Part shown: positions 36,713 through 48,834 of the stretch, piece by piece
Numbering within the stretch: the stretch's first letter is position 1
Layout: every line of letters starts with the position of its first letter
Source: Chromera velia
Taxonomy: Eukaryota
Assembly: GCA_018398765.1 (NCBI GenBank)
Contig: JAHBMJ010000095.1
Span: 1 to 56,912, forward strand
Length of the DNA: 56,912 nt
Direction of reading: 5' to 3'
Notes under the pieces: model-generated
Database searches by the model: none
Seen by the model: the letters and a program-made list of their open reading frames with translations, nothing else
What the model was told of the DNA's origin: nothing
Made by a program: the position numbers and the translations under genes

Positions 36713-39146
36713 GCTTTCTTTCCTTCATTGTGCAGCCGTGTGACGTAGCGCAACTGGACTCTGAGGGCAAACGGTGGATTTTGGCCTCCGGCGAGGGCGG
36801 CCTGTTTGTTGTGCACTTGACAGAGGAGGGGGGGAAGTCTGGGGGGTCTTCGAAGGGCAAAGTGAAGGGGGGGAGCAGGATCGAGTTGGAGATGCTCGCA
36901 GCCCCCAGTAACCGCAGTGTGATCCCATTTACTTCATCCCTCGTGCCCCTGCAGCCTCTGGTGCCGTTCGCCGAATCAGCTGCTGCCTCAAAGGGAAAGG
37001 CAGCAGCTGCTGCTGCGGCAGCAGGAGGCTCTTCGAGTGTGTCCGCAGTCAGCAGGGCCCTAGTTGAGTATGCGCAGTCTCGGGTTTTCGTTGGAGCATC
37101 GATTGGGGACTCTCTGCTCGTTCGTCTTCACAATTCTCTGGAGGAGGCGGAGGCGGCCAGAGGGCCTGAGGGGCCGGGGGAGGGCTTCGTGAGCGTGGAG
37201 CAGTCATTCGAAAATTTGGGGCCTGTGGCTGATGCCCTCGCGCTCTCGGGAGGGGGGAACGGACAGAGCAAGGTGTGTGTGTGTGTGTGTGTGGGTGTGG
37301 GTGTGGGTGTGGGTGTGTGTGTCTGTGGTGCGTCTGTCTCTCTCCGTCTGAGAACGATTTAGTCGTGTCTTTCTGTCTGTAGGGAACGTATTCGTGTCAA
37401 AGAAGAGGTAAACCTGGCTTGTAGGACTTTCCTTCTTCAAACGGATGAGGGTGTCTGAAACTGCAATCGCACGTTCTGGGCCCAAATGCAACAGTTACTT
37501 GTCTGGCTGGGCATTCCCTTTCGGTATTCCAGGGGAGAGAACCGAAGCAAAACATCCGAAGATAGGTCTCCTGGGATACTTATCCTCGGTTTCTGCGGCA
37601 CAAAAACACACCCATCCCTGCCCTGTGGGATTTTTTCTTTCTTTTGTACTTAGAAAGACCTTTTGTGCAAGATAGCACTTCCGTGTGGTGAGGACCCTTT
37701 TTCACTTTTCAGAGAGGCATTTGTAAACAGCCCTGGCTTTCGGGACAGTTGTTTTCAGTGTTCAGGCAGACAGGAGCGAAAGAAAAACACGTAACCCTGG
37801 AGTGTCTCTGCGTGTCGGGAAGGGAGAGAAGGGATGTGTATGTCTGAAAGAAAGGTACTATCTGTTCGCGCAACTTAATGCGGCCTTCTCGAAAGTGCCT
37901 GGGGAAATACGATAATGAAAAGAATTGCGTGGCTCATCTTTTTGCTGTATGTCTTCGGGTCTGTTTTCGTCCTCCCATTTTGGCTTTTTTGTTCTTATGC
38001 AGCTTCTGGTGGCTTGTGGGTACCAGCGCGCTGGGTGTGTGAAGGAGGTCCGGTTCGGTGTGGGGGTTCGGGAGCATGCGCGAGTGGATATTTCGGGAGT
38101 CGGCGGTATCTGGGCAGTTGGCACTCGGTGTGGGGGCTTCTCGGGGGCCACGGCATCGGGGGCCTTCGGTCTCGTGCTCTCGTTTGCGGACCAGTCGGTT
38201 GTTTTGGCTCTTTCCGGGGGCGGTGCGAAGGATAAGGAGAGGTCAGAGGAGGCAGGAGAAGAGGGGGGGGAAGTGGAGCTTGAGGAAGTTGAGGGGGGAG
38301 GGCTTGAGAGGGGCGTGCCGACTGTCTATTGCGGAAATCTTGTGGCCGAGCCTGAGGAGGGGACGGGAGGGGGGGGTGTTGAGGTCATCACTCAGGTTGG
38401 TTGAAGGCGTTTCTCTGCGACGAAAAAGGGGGGAAGAAAGGAGAAGAATGCAGGGAAGTGGCCAAGAGAGAGCTTTTGGTTTTCATATCTCAACTGCTAG
38501 CTCACTGTTCCTCACGAGTCTCTTGTTTCCACTGTGTCAGTGACCGAGTATCTGTTTGAGCACATTGTTTTTGGTTTGTTCTTCTCTTCTATCCGTTCAT
38601 GCAGGTGACTGCGAGCGGATGCATTTACTTTCATACAGAATTATTTTTGTAGATGAAAAAGAATTCTGTATGAAAGTAAGTGCATGGGGTGTTCTTCTCT
38701 TCTATCCGTGCATGATGCAGGTGACTGCGAGTGGAGTTCGGATCGTGAGTGCCAACCCGGAGCTTTCTCTCTTGGGAGAGTGGAGGTAGGTGCGTTGTTG
38801 CTTCTGTTCTGTTTTCGTCTTTCGTGTGCAGTCAAATTGCGGGCGGGAAGAATTGTTTTGGACTCAAGAGACATTCGCTGTCGTTGATTTTTGCTCCTCG
38901 TTGCGTTTTGTTTTTGTTTATCGCTGTAATTGCTTTTGTTCAGCGTGTTCCCTTCACTTCGGTGTAGGGCCTCAGTTTCGGAAACAGACGGCTGGTGTGA
39001 GAGACCGCGTTTCCTTTCGTGTGTTACCATATGTCGACCTCAATTTGCCTTCGCTCGACCCGCTTATTGAACGACTGCATCGGATAAATGGATTCGATTG
39101 GAAAGCAAGTAAGCCGTTTTCTTTCACTCTTTCGTTCACTTCGATG

Positions 39147-39177
<31 letters not shown>

Positions 39178-42100
39178 TTCTTTCTGTAAGCAGCGCTCCT
39201 GCGGATGTGCGGATCCATGTGGCTGCGGGTCGTGGCTCTCGCGTTCTTTTGGGAACCTCTCGAGGTGGTGTCATTCTTTTGAAACTCTGCCAAGAGAAGG
39301 AAGGGGGGGGAGTCAAGGCGGAGGTCGAGGCCGAGAGACGGATGGTGGGTCGTGTGGAAGGAAGTTGAGGTGGTGCTCTGAGAGGAAGGGAAATCGGGTG
39401 CTTGCACTAGAGGTCTAAAAATGTAGCTGAAGAGTGAAGGGAAACACAATGGGACGACAAGCCAGAGAGGGAGACGAGAGCCTTCCAGAATCGGTTGCAT
39501 TGTTTCGTTTCCTCCTCTTTCTTTGTCTATCGGTGCTTTTCATATCAAATGCCACACCAGAGGCGGCACAGGAAAGCCGGACCAACCAAGAGAGAGATGA
39601 TCAGAAGCTGAAAGGGAAGCCGGATCGATGCATGGGCTACGTCTGACTGGGTGTGTGTGCCCTTTTTCCTTTCTTTCCCTTCTTTCATCCCTTTCTTTGT
39701 TTCTTCTTTCTTCTCACCTGGTCGATGGTCCTCTCAGTTTGAACAGGTCGCCCGTCAATCGTTTTTTTTTTCTCACTCCTCTCTTTTCGCCCTGATGGTA
39801 TGTGTGTGAAGGAAGAGAAGAGGAAAGAAAAGACGATACCGTCTGTCTGCTTGTCTGTCTGCCTGCCTGCAGGATGCGGAGGTTGCGTGTGTGAGTTTCT
39901 CTGCCGACCCTGACTTGTCGGATGTCTGCGCCGTCGGGTTGTGGTCTGTGCGGACTGCTCTGCTTGCTCTGCCGTCCCTGCTGACCCTGGAGGAGACACC
40001 GCTGGGTGGAGAGATTATCCCGCGGTCAGTCGGTCGGTCCGAAAGAAAGAAAGAAAGAAAGCATTAAAATAAGTCATCTCCTTTAATTCTTTTGCTGGTT
40101 TCTTTTCTTGTACAGCAAACATGGAGGCGCGAAAAGGGGGGGTGGGGGGAGGAATACATATGAAGGAAGGAATCGAAGAACAGAGGATGCCAGGGAGTTG
40201 GGCCGGAGGGCAAGTGAAAAAAAGACGAACCAACCAACCAACGAACCCATCGAGGGACTCTCCCTCCTCCCGCCCGAGAGAAATGACCTTACAGTGATCC
40301 CGGACAAAAACGATCGGAAACAGTTTTATTGAAACAAGGTGACAAGCTTGCAGTCTGCTTCATTTTCTATGCTTGTGTTGCTGGTCTTGTGCTCTTTCGT
40401 TCTCCATGTACATCAATGGATGAATTAATATTGCGACATGGTTGCAGTTCCTGCCTCGTTGCCCCCCTAGGACCCCACACCTACCTGCTGACAGGCATGG
40501 GAGACGGCTCTGTTCTCTCTTTCCGGGTGCGCAGAGGGGAGAGCGATGCGATGACGGACGTGCAGGGCGGAACTGGAGGTTCGCTTCTTCTGTCGGGAAG
40601 ACGGCGTGTGCAGCTGGGCACCCAGCCCGCCCACCTCTCTTACTTCCCTCCCTCTCAGCAGCAGGGGGGGGCGTCTTCGCAGTCCGGCAGTGCCCCCGCA
40701 GGAAATGGAGACGTGGAGATGGTTGATGTGAATGACGCGGGGAGGGAAACAAAGGGGGGAGAAACTGGAGCGGGATCTGTGTTTGTATCGTGCGACAGGC
40801 CTTCGCTTATTCACTGGCCCTTCTCAGGCTCATCAGGGTTCTCGTCTTCCTCTTCTGCCGGGGAAGAGGACAAAGACGCAGGATCAACTGAAAGGGAATC
40901 TGAACGTGACAAGCTCGCTTTCCTCTTTGTGAACTCGGAGCCCATGTCGCGTTGTGTGCCCTTCCAGAGTGACTTTCTCGGAGGACAGACAGGTTCTTCT
41001 TCTTCGTCTTCCGGGTCGGGGGCTGGAGGTTCATCGTCTGGGGGGGGGAGTCAGCTTCGAGCTGCAGTGTCTGAGGATTCTCTTCAGATTCTAGAGTTGG
41101 ATGAAGGTCGGAGACTGTCGGTGAGGAAATGGACGGCTGGAAAGACAGTGACCTGGTGAGTGGACTAGCTGTTGAGTCGATGTAAGGAGAGAGAGGGGGG
41201 GGGAGGTGGGAGGGAGAATGGTCCTTGTGTGTGCATCAACTGACGGACGCAAATTTTGATGCGCCCTTGCGTGTGTCACGGACGGAGAATGGTCCTTCAT
41301 TGTGTGTGCATCAGTTCAATGTTGAGAGAAGGTTCTCTCTATAGATCGCTCTTTGTATTCAGATGTCTAAGTCCCTTGATTTTATCCCTTGATTCTCTCT
41401 CTGTGTGTGTCTGATCCTGTTTCCGCGTCTGAGCGCTTGGATATTCTTTCGCATCCTCGGGGGGTGAGAGACAGCGATTCTTCATCGGTCCCTTCCCTCC
41501 TTTGATCCTTCCCCCCGAGTGTCCTCCTGTTGTCAACCTGTCATTTGAACCCTCTGCTTGCTCCTCGATGGATCGAGCTTTGTGCAGTTTGGCCAACGAC
41601 AGCTCTTCTGGGACTCTGTTTGCGGGACTGATGGGACGGTTTCCTGATGAGTATTTGGAGCATGACAACGATGTTCTTGCTGTGGGGGTTGGGGGGGGAA
41701 GAGGAAGCTCGGAGAAGGATAGGGAGAGGGAGAACGAGTTCGCAGTGTTGGACGCAGAGGAAATGGCTCCTTTTGATTTCATCAGTCAGTTACGCCTGCC
41801 TCTTTGTCTGATTGGCTGGGTGCGGGATTGTTGAGGGAAGCGCTCTGCATGTTTCTGCCGTCATTCACGCCTTCCCCGTCGGAGCAAACATACGTGTTCG
41901 CCGGAGAGTCTCCGTTGCGCTGCACCCGTATCTTGTGCATTTCTTCTTCCCTCCTTTCCTCTCCTCTCCTTGCTTGTTTGCAGGGCTTCATCGAGAGGAG
42001 ATCCCTTTGAGTGCCTCTTCGATCTTTCCGGGGTCCAACCTGGCTGAGGAGGCATCCTTCTCTCGTCGGTTGAAGAGCGTGCAGGCTCAGCTGCGTCAGA

Positions 42101-45100
42101 AGAAGAGCTCAGGGTCGGCGGACGACGCGGAGATCGGCGCTCTCTCTCGAGAGGCTGAGGATTTGGAGGAGGTGTTGAGGAAGCGAAGCGAGGGCAGAGT
42201 GGAGGCAGTGGCCTTGTGCAGCATTAGAGTTGAGAAGCTCCACCATGTGGATGAACGCACAGGCAGTGTGGGGTCTGACTCCAACCACAAAGAGACGGGA
42301 GTCGTTCGCGTCATGAAAGTGGACGTCGACGCGGTCAGTTAGTAGGTGCATGTGTGAGTGTGTGCATATTATTCTCTCTCTCTCTCTCTCTCTCCCCCCC
42401 CCCCTCTCTCTCTATGTGAATGTGTGAATGTGTGTGTGCGCCTGTAAGTGTGCTCGATGCTGATTCGTTCAAACTGAATGGACGGCTTTGGGGCCTCACG
42501 ATAGTGCTCTGGATGTTCTTTCTTTCAAATGCAGGCTGGTGAGAGGCGGTTGTCGGAGCTGTGCCGTGTGGAGGAGCCGGGTCCGATCAGTTCGTGCTGC
42601 CAGTGGGGGGACCGGCTGGTGGTTGCCATCAAGAACACTCTCAGAGTGTACAGAATGTCGATGGAGGGACTAAAGGGGGGGGAGGAGAACGAGGCCATGG
42701 AGGGAACAGCAGGGGGCTCCAGACCCACTACAGCATCATCAGGTCTCGGTGGGGCTGCTGCAGCTAGCGCCTCCTCCTCTTCTTCTTCTTCTGGACCGGA
42801 GAAGGGGCTGGTGATGAAGCTTGTGTTTGACTGCAAGGCGACGGCTGGGGTTGAAATTGTCCAAATGCAGGCATGGTCAGTGAGTCAGTCATGACTGTTG
42901 GTCAGGTGGGGTGTGGGGTCACGGAGTCGGTGCGCGGGTTGAAGTTGCGACACGGGGAGGAGACAGCCAGAGGGAGAAAATTGGGCTCAGAGACCTTTCA
43001 CTTCTGCTCTTTCCTTCTTTTCTTCATTTCATCCACCCGTTTGCGGGCACAGTGGCCCTCTCGTTGTGTCTGTGTGCGTCAAAAACGTCAATTGTGCTGT
43101 GAGGCTTTCCCTCCCATCAGTCATTTACTTTAGTGTGCAAAGCGCAGGAGGAAGGAGAACGATGCTTCCCCTCTTCCCTCCTTCTATGGTCTGACCTTTT
43201 TTTTGTCTTGGTCTCCGGGTGCAGTGGCGATATTGCGGTGGTGGCAGACGTGATGAAGGCAGCCAGTGCATGCGTTTATTTTCATACAGAATTATTTTTC
43301 ATACAGAAAATAAACGCATTCCTCTTCTTGGTCTCCGGGTGCAGTGGCGATATTCTGGTGGTGGCAGACGTGATGAAGGCAGCCAGTGCATGCGTTTATT
43401 TTCACACAGAATTATTTTTCATACAGAAAATAAACGCATTTCTCTTCTTGGTCTCCGGGTGCAGTGGCGATATTCTGGTGGTGGCAGACGTGATGAAGGC
43501 AGCCAGTGCATGCGTTTATTTTCATACAGAATTATTTTTCATACAGAAAATAAACGCATTTCTCTTCTTGGTCTCCGGGTGCAGTGGCGATATTCTGGTG
43601 GTGGCAGACGTGATGAAGGCAGCCAGTGCATGCGTTTATTTTCATACAGAATTATTTTTCATACAGAAAATAAACGCATTTCTCTTCTTGGTCTCCGGGT
43701 GCGGTGGCGATATTCTGGTGGTGGCAGACGTGATGAAGGCAGCCAGTGCATGCGTTTATTTTCATACAGAATTATTTTTCATACAGAAAATAAACGCATT
43801 TCTCTTCTTGGTCTCCGGGTGCAGTGGCGATATTCTGGTGGTGGCAGACGTGATGAAGGCAGCCAGTGCATGCGTTTATTTTCATACAGAATTATTTTTC
43901 ATACAGAAAATAAAAGCATTTCTCTTCTTGGTCTCCGGGTGCAGTGGCGATATTCTGGTGGTGGCAGACGTGATGAAGGCAGCCAGTGCGTTTCGTCTGT
44001 CTGTTCCTCGGGGGAACTCTGAGGTTAGGGGGGCAGGGTGGGGTTTAACTTGGATGCGCTTTCTCTTTTTTCTCATTCCTGTGCGCCGTCTTTCACATGG
44101 GTCGTGCCGGTGTGAATTCACGCAGCATGGATGGAAAGTGAAAGGTGCATCGGGGAGTGAATGTTTTCTGTCCGCCTCGTGCTCTCAGTGTAGTGGGGGC
44201 GTATGAGAGGGCTTGGATCTCACTTCTTTGTTTGTTTGCTCGTTTCTTTTTATGCCTATCTGTCTGTGTTTTTTTGTTCTTGCCTCACTTGCCTACCACT
44301 CATCCCTCTCGCCTCCTTGCAGCAGTCTGCTGAGCTGGAGGAAGTCGGGGCGGCAATGCAAAGCGTTTGGAGCATGTGGGCCTTCTTTTTTTTCTTCCTT
44401 TTCTTCATTCCTTCCTTCAACTCGCTTTTTCATTTCTCTTTTGCTTTTATCGTCTCACGTCTCCCTTTCATTGATCCATTCTTTCATTGTTCTCCAAAGC
44501 CCCTAGACAAAAAATTCAGTTTTCTCTCTAAGTGTTTTCAATGTTCTCCAAAGCCCCTAAACAAAAAATTCAGTTTTCTCTCTAAGTGTTTTCATTGTTC
44601 TCCAAAGCCCCCAGACAAAAAATTCAGTTTTCTCTCTAAGTGTTTTCATTGTTCTCCAAAGCCCCCAGACAAAAAATTCAGTTTTCTCTCTAAGTGTGAA
44701 TCGTGCTGCCTCGCTTGTTGCTTCCCTCTGCAGGGCCGTCTCCCCCCTTTCCCCGTGCGCTTTCCTCCTCGCGGACGATCACGACAACCTGATGGTATAC
44801 GGAAGGTCTGTCTGTCTGTCTGTCTACCTGTCTGTCTGTCTGTCTGTAGGATCGAGGTGTAAGAAAGATCGAATGATTTTGTTGTCGGTCCCTCTCTGCG
44901 AGAGTGAGAGTGAGAGTGTCCGGCCTCCTGAGGCAGCAAATTCACAGGACGCTCGCTGTCTGCCTGCCTGTCTGTCGGTTTTTCCTTCTGTCTTGTCGCC
45001 TTCTGTCCGCGTTTTGTGGTGCGTGTGTGCGTGTGTATGTGTGTGCGTGCGTGGGAGAGTGCGTGTGTGTGTGGGTGTGTGCGTGTGCGTGCAGGTGTGG

Positions 45101-45269
45101 GTGTATGTGTATGTGTGTGTCTATTTGTATGTGTATGTGTACGTGTGTGTGTGTGTGCGTGTGGGTGCGGGTGACGGTGCGTGTGTGCGTATGTGTGTGT
45201 GTGTGCGGGTGTGGGTGTATGTGTATTTGTGTGTGTGTGTGTGTGTGTGTGTCTATTTGTGTGTGCTTG

Positions 45270-45302
<33 letters not shown>

Positions 45303-46203
45303 TGTCTCTGTGTGTGCGTGCGTGCAGAAACGTGATTGACAATTCAGATGAAAAGAGGGCAGACCTCCAGGAACATGCGGCCATGCACTCAGGACACAAC
45401 ATCACATGGTTGGTCTGCTGGGCTGAGCTTCTGTCTGTTTTTCTTTCTTTCTTTCTTTCTTTCTTTCTTTGGTTCGTTGTTTCTTTCTGTCTTCATTCCT
45501 TTCTCCCCGCTCCGTCCCTCTATTTTTCCTCGCCAACCTGTGCTTTTTCTTAGCTCGCTGAGGGCTCCTGTTCTACTTTGATTTTGGCTTTCTCTTCTTT
45601 TCTGCTTTTTCTTCCCCTCCCAGCCTCCGTTGACCTTTCTTTTCATGTGCGTGCGGCAGACGTTGGAATGACGGATGCTCTCTTTTCTTTTCAGTGCCTT
45701 TTGTTCATGTGACAGGGCTCTGCTTCTGGCTGAATTTTTGAATTCGTGCATCAGCGAAAGAGTGACTGTGAGAGTGAATGAGTTTGTGTGACCATCCTGA
45801 AACGAGTGAGTGCAGCATTCGAGAGGGGCGGCTGGTCGGTGCACCCGTGGGTGTCTCCAACGCGGACAGGTGGGGGAAGGTTGTGGGTGCGTGGAGAATG
45901 GATAAACGTGCTGGAGGGGGTTGTGGGTGTGTGTGCATCCATTCCGGTCGTCTTGTGCTTCCTTTGTTTTGGAGGACTTCATCTTTTGTGTTTTTGGCAT
46001 CTGTTTCGGTCCTCTGATTCTACACATTCTTTCTGCGTGCCTTCTTATTAAGAGGTCCTCTGGACTGTTCTTGGACGGCGGCAGACAACAGACAGAGGGT
46101 TCGATCAGAAAACAAGAAAGCACCTCGATCCTCTTGCTGCCTGCCCGTCTGACTGTGCCAATATTGGTCTCTTCTCGTGCTGTGGAGAGCTGTGCTCGAA
46201 TCC

Positions 46204-46234
<31 letters not shown>

Positions 46235-48834
46235 GGAGACAAGCTCAAGAAATGGATAAAAATCAGAGGTGGTCCCACTGAGTAAGTGATAGTACTCATG
46301 CATCCATGAACCATAATCATGTTCCTGTCTGTGCCTTCGTTCGTGTACCTGCAGAGGCGATTCTCTGGAGGCAGGCGTCGGTGCTTCCTCCAACGAGAAA
46401 GGCGGAGGGGAGGAGGAGGGAGAGACGGGTGAAGAGGAGGGGGAGGAGGCAACGAAGTCCAAAATCTGGATGTCGAAAGAGGGGGCAATCGGTTCGTTGG
46501 TTCTGTCTCTTTTGTTTTGTTTTCTCCCTTTTCTCCTCTCCTCTTCTTTCTGCTCTCTGTCTGTCTTGTCGCCTTTTCCCCGTGAAAAAGAACTGCGTAT
46601 TTCACCTCTCTTTCCTCTCCCCGTCTCACTCATTCTCTCTCTCTGAGGGGAGCCGTTTCCTTTTTCTGAACAGTTGGTTGGCTGGCGATCTTCTGCAGTT
46701 CCGCTTGAATCTCTTCTCTGCGCTCCCCTCTTGTGCTTTTGTTGCAAATTTGCTAATTCTTTGGACGTTGGCTCCTGATCCTCTTTCAGCGCATCCCCTG
46801 ATCTCCCTCCTTCCTTCCATAGGCTAGGCAGGGCAGGTTCTTTTGACCGTCTCCGATCTTTCTTCTTCACTCTTTCGTCGAATCTTCTGCTCCTCTTTCT
46901 CTTTCTCTTTGTGCAGGACTGGTCATGCCTGTGAGAGGAAAGAGACGGCGCTTTGCTCATCTGATGCGACTTCAGGTCTCTCTCCCTTTCTGTGTTTGTG
47001 ATTGTCTCGTCCCGTTCTTGTATTTTTCTTTTTCTAAGTGCCCGCCTTTCTTTCTCATGCGGATTCTTTTTGCGGGGCTTGTGTGCTCAAACGGCCGTCT
47101 CTCCACCGCAAAACAGGCAACCTACAGGTGCACTGCCACAACAGGCAACGCAAAACTGACAGACACCTTCCATACGCACTCTAACTAAAAGTCACCTTAG
47201 TCCCTTCATTTTCTTTCTTTTCTTTCTTTCTTTCTTTCTTTCTTTTCTTTCTTTCTTTCTTTCTTTTCTGTCTGTCTTTCTTTCTTTCTTTCTGTCTGTC
47301 TGTCTGTAAGCAGGACGCGGTGGCCCGGGTCGTGAAGAGAGAGGCCGGGGCCCTCCCCAGCAGCAGCCAGAAGCCGGCGGGAGGAGAGGGAGGCGGTGCG
47401 GCCTCGGGATCTGCCTCTGCGGCGGCACACGAACACTGGAGGAGGAAGAATAATGGAACGACAGATCAGGTACGTCGGCCTGTCTCTCTCGTCGCTCTCT
47501 CTGAAAAAAGGGAAAGGAAGATGTGTCTGCAAACTTTTTGCGCAGAGGGTGAATTCAGGCAAGAAAGGAACAGATCTGGAATCACCGGGATGAATGGAAA
47601 GGCACAAAGACAACGAAGCCATGGGTGTGTCAGGGTTAGTGTCGTGGCAAAAGAAAGGATTGCAACGACGTGGCTGGCACTCACTGGACGTCTCTGTCAG
47701 AGGAGGCATGAATGAGTGCATGGCCATCTTCATTCTTTCGATGATCTGCCCCCCCCTTGCCTTCCACCTCCTGACTCGGTCTCCTCGTTCTTCCATCGCA
47801 GCCTTCACTCTCTCTCTCTCTCCCTCTCCCCCCCCCCCCNNNNNNNNNNNNNNNNNNNNNNNNNNNNNNNNNNNNNNNNNNNNNNNNNNNNNNNNNNNNN
47901 NNNNNNNNNNNNNNNCCCCCCCTCTCTCTCTCTCTCTTTCCCTCCCTCGAAACGTGCGCATTGTGCTTTTTCTCTCTGTGGGTATGAAAGCCGGAGGCCT
48001 GGACCTAGTTGTGCTGACCTTCTTCCTGTTTTCCTTTTTCTCTCTGACGACTGAATCAAAAAAACAACTGCAGCCTGGTCAATTCCGAGGATTTGTTGAC
48101 GGTGACTTGTTGGAACAATTGTTGGACCTCCCCGTGCGTCTCCAAATTGAAGCTGCGAGACATCTGGCGTCAGTTTTTTTTTTCTTTCCTTCCGTCTCTT
48201 TCGTCTCTCTCTCTCTCTCTCTCTCTCTCCCTCCTTCTCTCTCTCTCTCTCTCTCTTTTTTTTTTTTTTCTCTTTCTCTTTCTCTTTCTTTCTCTCTCTC
48301 TCCCTCCCTGCGTGGGTCTGGTTGGGTTGGGTTGGGGTGAGTTGTGGGGATAGTGTGGTTTTTTGCTCCTGTTCGAGCGGGCTGCTCTGGTTCTTCTCCT
48401 CGTTCAACCTCTGAAGCCCTCTTGGATGCCTTCCACTCTGAATCCCTTTGTCCTCCCTTGACTTCCTTCCCCCCTCTATCCTCTCCTTTCTTTCTTTCTT
48501 TTTTTCTTTTTTTTCTTTCTTGCTTGCTTGCTTGCTTTCTTTCTTTCTTGCTTTCTTTTTTTCTTTCTTTCTTTCTTTCTTTCTTTCTTTTCTTTCTTTC
48601 TTTCTTTCCTTCTTTCTTTCTTTTCTTGCTTGGTTGCTTGGTTGGTTGGCTGCTTGCAGTGCTGCTGCCCCCAAAGACGGCGGGAAGGCTGGAGGTCCTT
48701 CCTCTTCGTCTTCGTCTTCTTCGAAGGCCGATGCTCCCGGCCTGATGACAGAGAGAGGACTGGACGAGAGGAACGTGAGGGCGCTGTTGGAGTCCATGGT
48801 GTCCGAGGTGGAACAACTGCAGAGACTGCATTGA
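35022..48834 (+). CDS. DDB1: DNA damage-binding protein 1 (CUL4 adaptor), 21 exons: 35022-35345, 35784-36353, 36736-37272, 38003-38395, 38721-38785, 39194-39344, 39873-40024, 40448-41155, 41588-41784, 41984-42333, 42535-42875, 43945-44023, 44323-44375, 44734-44805, 45328-45408, 45816-45869, 46355-46491, 46917-46975, 47314-47469, 48074-48168, 48660-48834
   Basis: Matches DDB1 motifs in order: YNYFVTAHKATSV, FENLGPVAD, LLVACGYQRAGCVKEVRFGVG, QVTASGVRIVS, EVACV..CAVGLW, YLLTGMGDGSV, LGTQPAHL, VFVSCDRPSLI, GDILVVADVMKA, GFVDGDLLEQLLDL, VEQLQRLH-stop. The splice phases are consistent. Confidence 0.93.
38619..38685. mobile_element. 67-bp palindromic mini-element flanked by a ~43-bp duplication of a DDB1 acceptor and exon start
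   Basis: Arms ATGCATTTACTTTCATACAGAATT / AATTCTGTATGAAAGTAAGTGCAT (24 bp, 1 mismatch). Flanks 38577-38619 and 38690-38735 are near-identical. Confidence 0.75.
43206..43989 (+). repeat. 120-bp tandem array (6 full units plus a final partial unit): DDB1 acceptor + 45 nt of exon + 50-bp palindromic element
   Basis: Direct sequence. The element has perfect 14-bp arms ATGCGTTTATTTTC / GAAAATAAACGCAT (e.g. 43270-43319). Confidence 0.95.
44483..44697. repeat. Intronic 54-bp minisatellite, 4 copies
   Basis: TTCATTGTTCTCCAAAGCCCCYAGACAAAAAATTCAGTTTTCTCTCTAAGTGTT repeated. Confidence 0.92.
45020..45325. repeat. Degenerate (TG)n intronic microsatellite
   Basis: Direct sequence. Confidence 0.95.
48480..48655. 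repeat. (TTTC)n/(TTGC)n/(TTGG)n pyrimidine-rich intronic tract
   Basis: Direct sequence, just upstream of the last DDB1 acceptor; a similar tract lies at 47205-47305. Confidence 0.9.

Noticed and set aside
43206..43989. CRISPR-like appearance (regularly spaced palindromic repeat)
   Set aside because: The intervening sequences are identical host exon/intron sequence, not unique spacers; the context is eukaryotic and there are no cas genes.
45389..46960. 523-aa minus-strand ORF
   Set aside because: Antisense to DDB1 exons and pyrimidine-rich introns; compositionally biased with no motifs.
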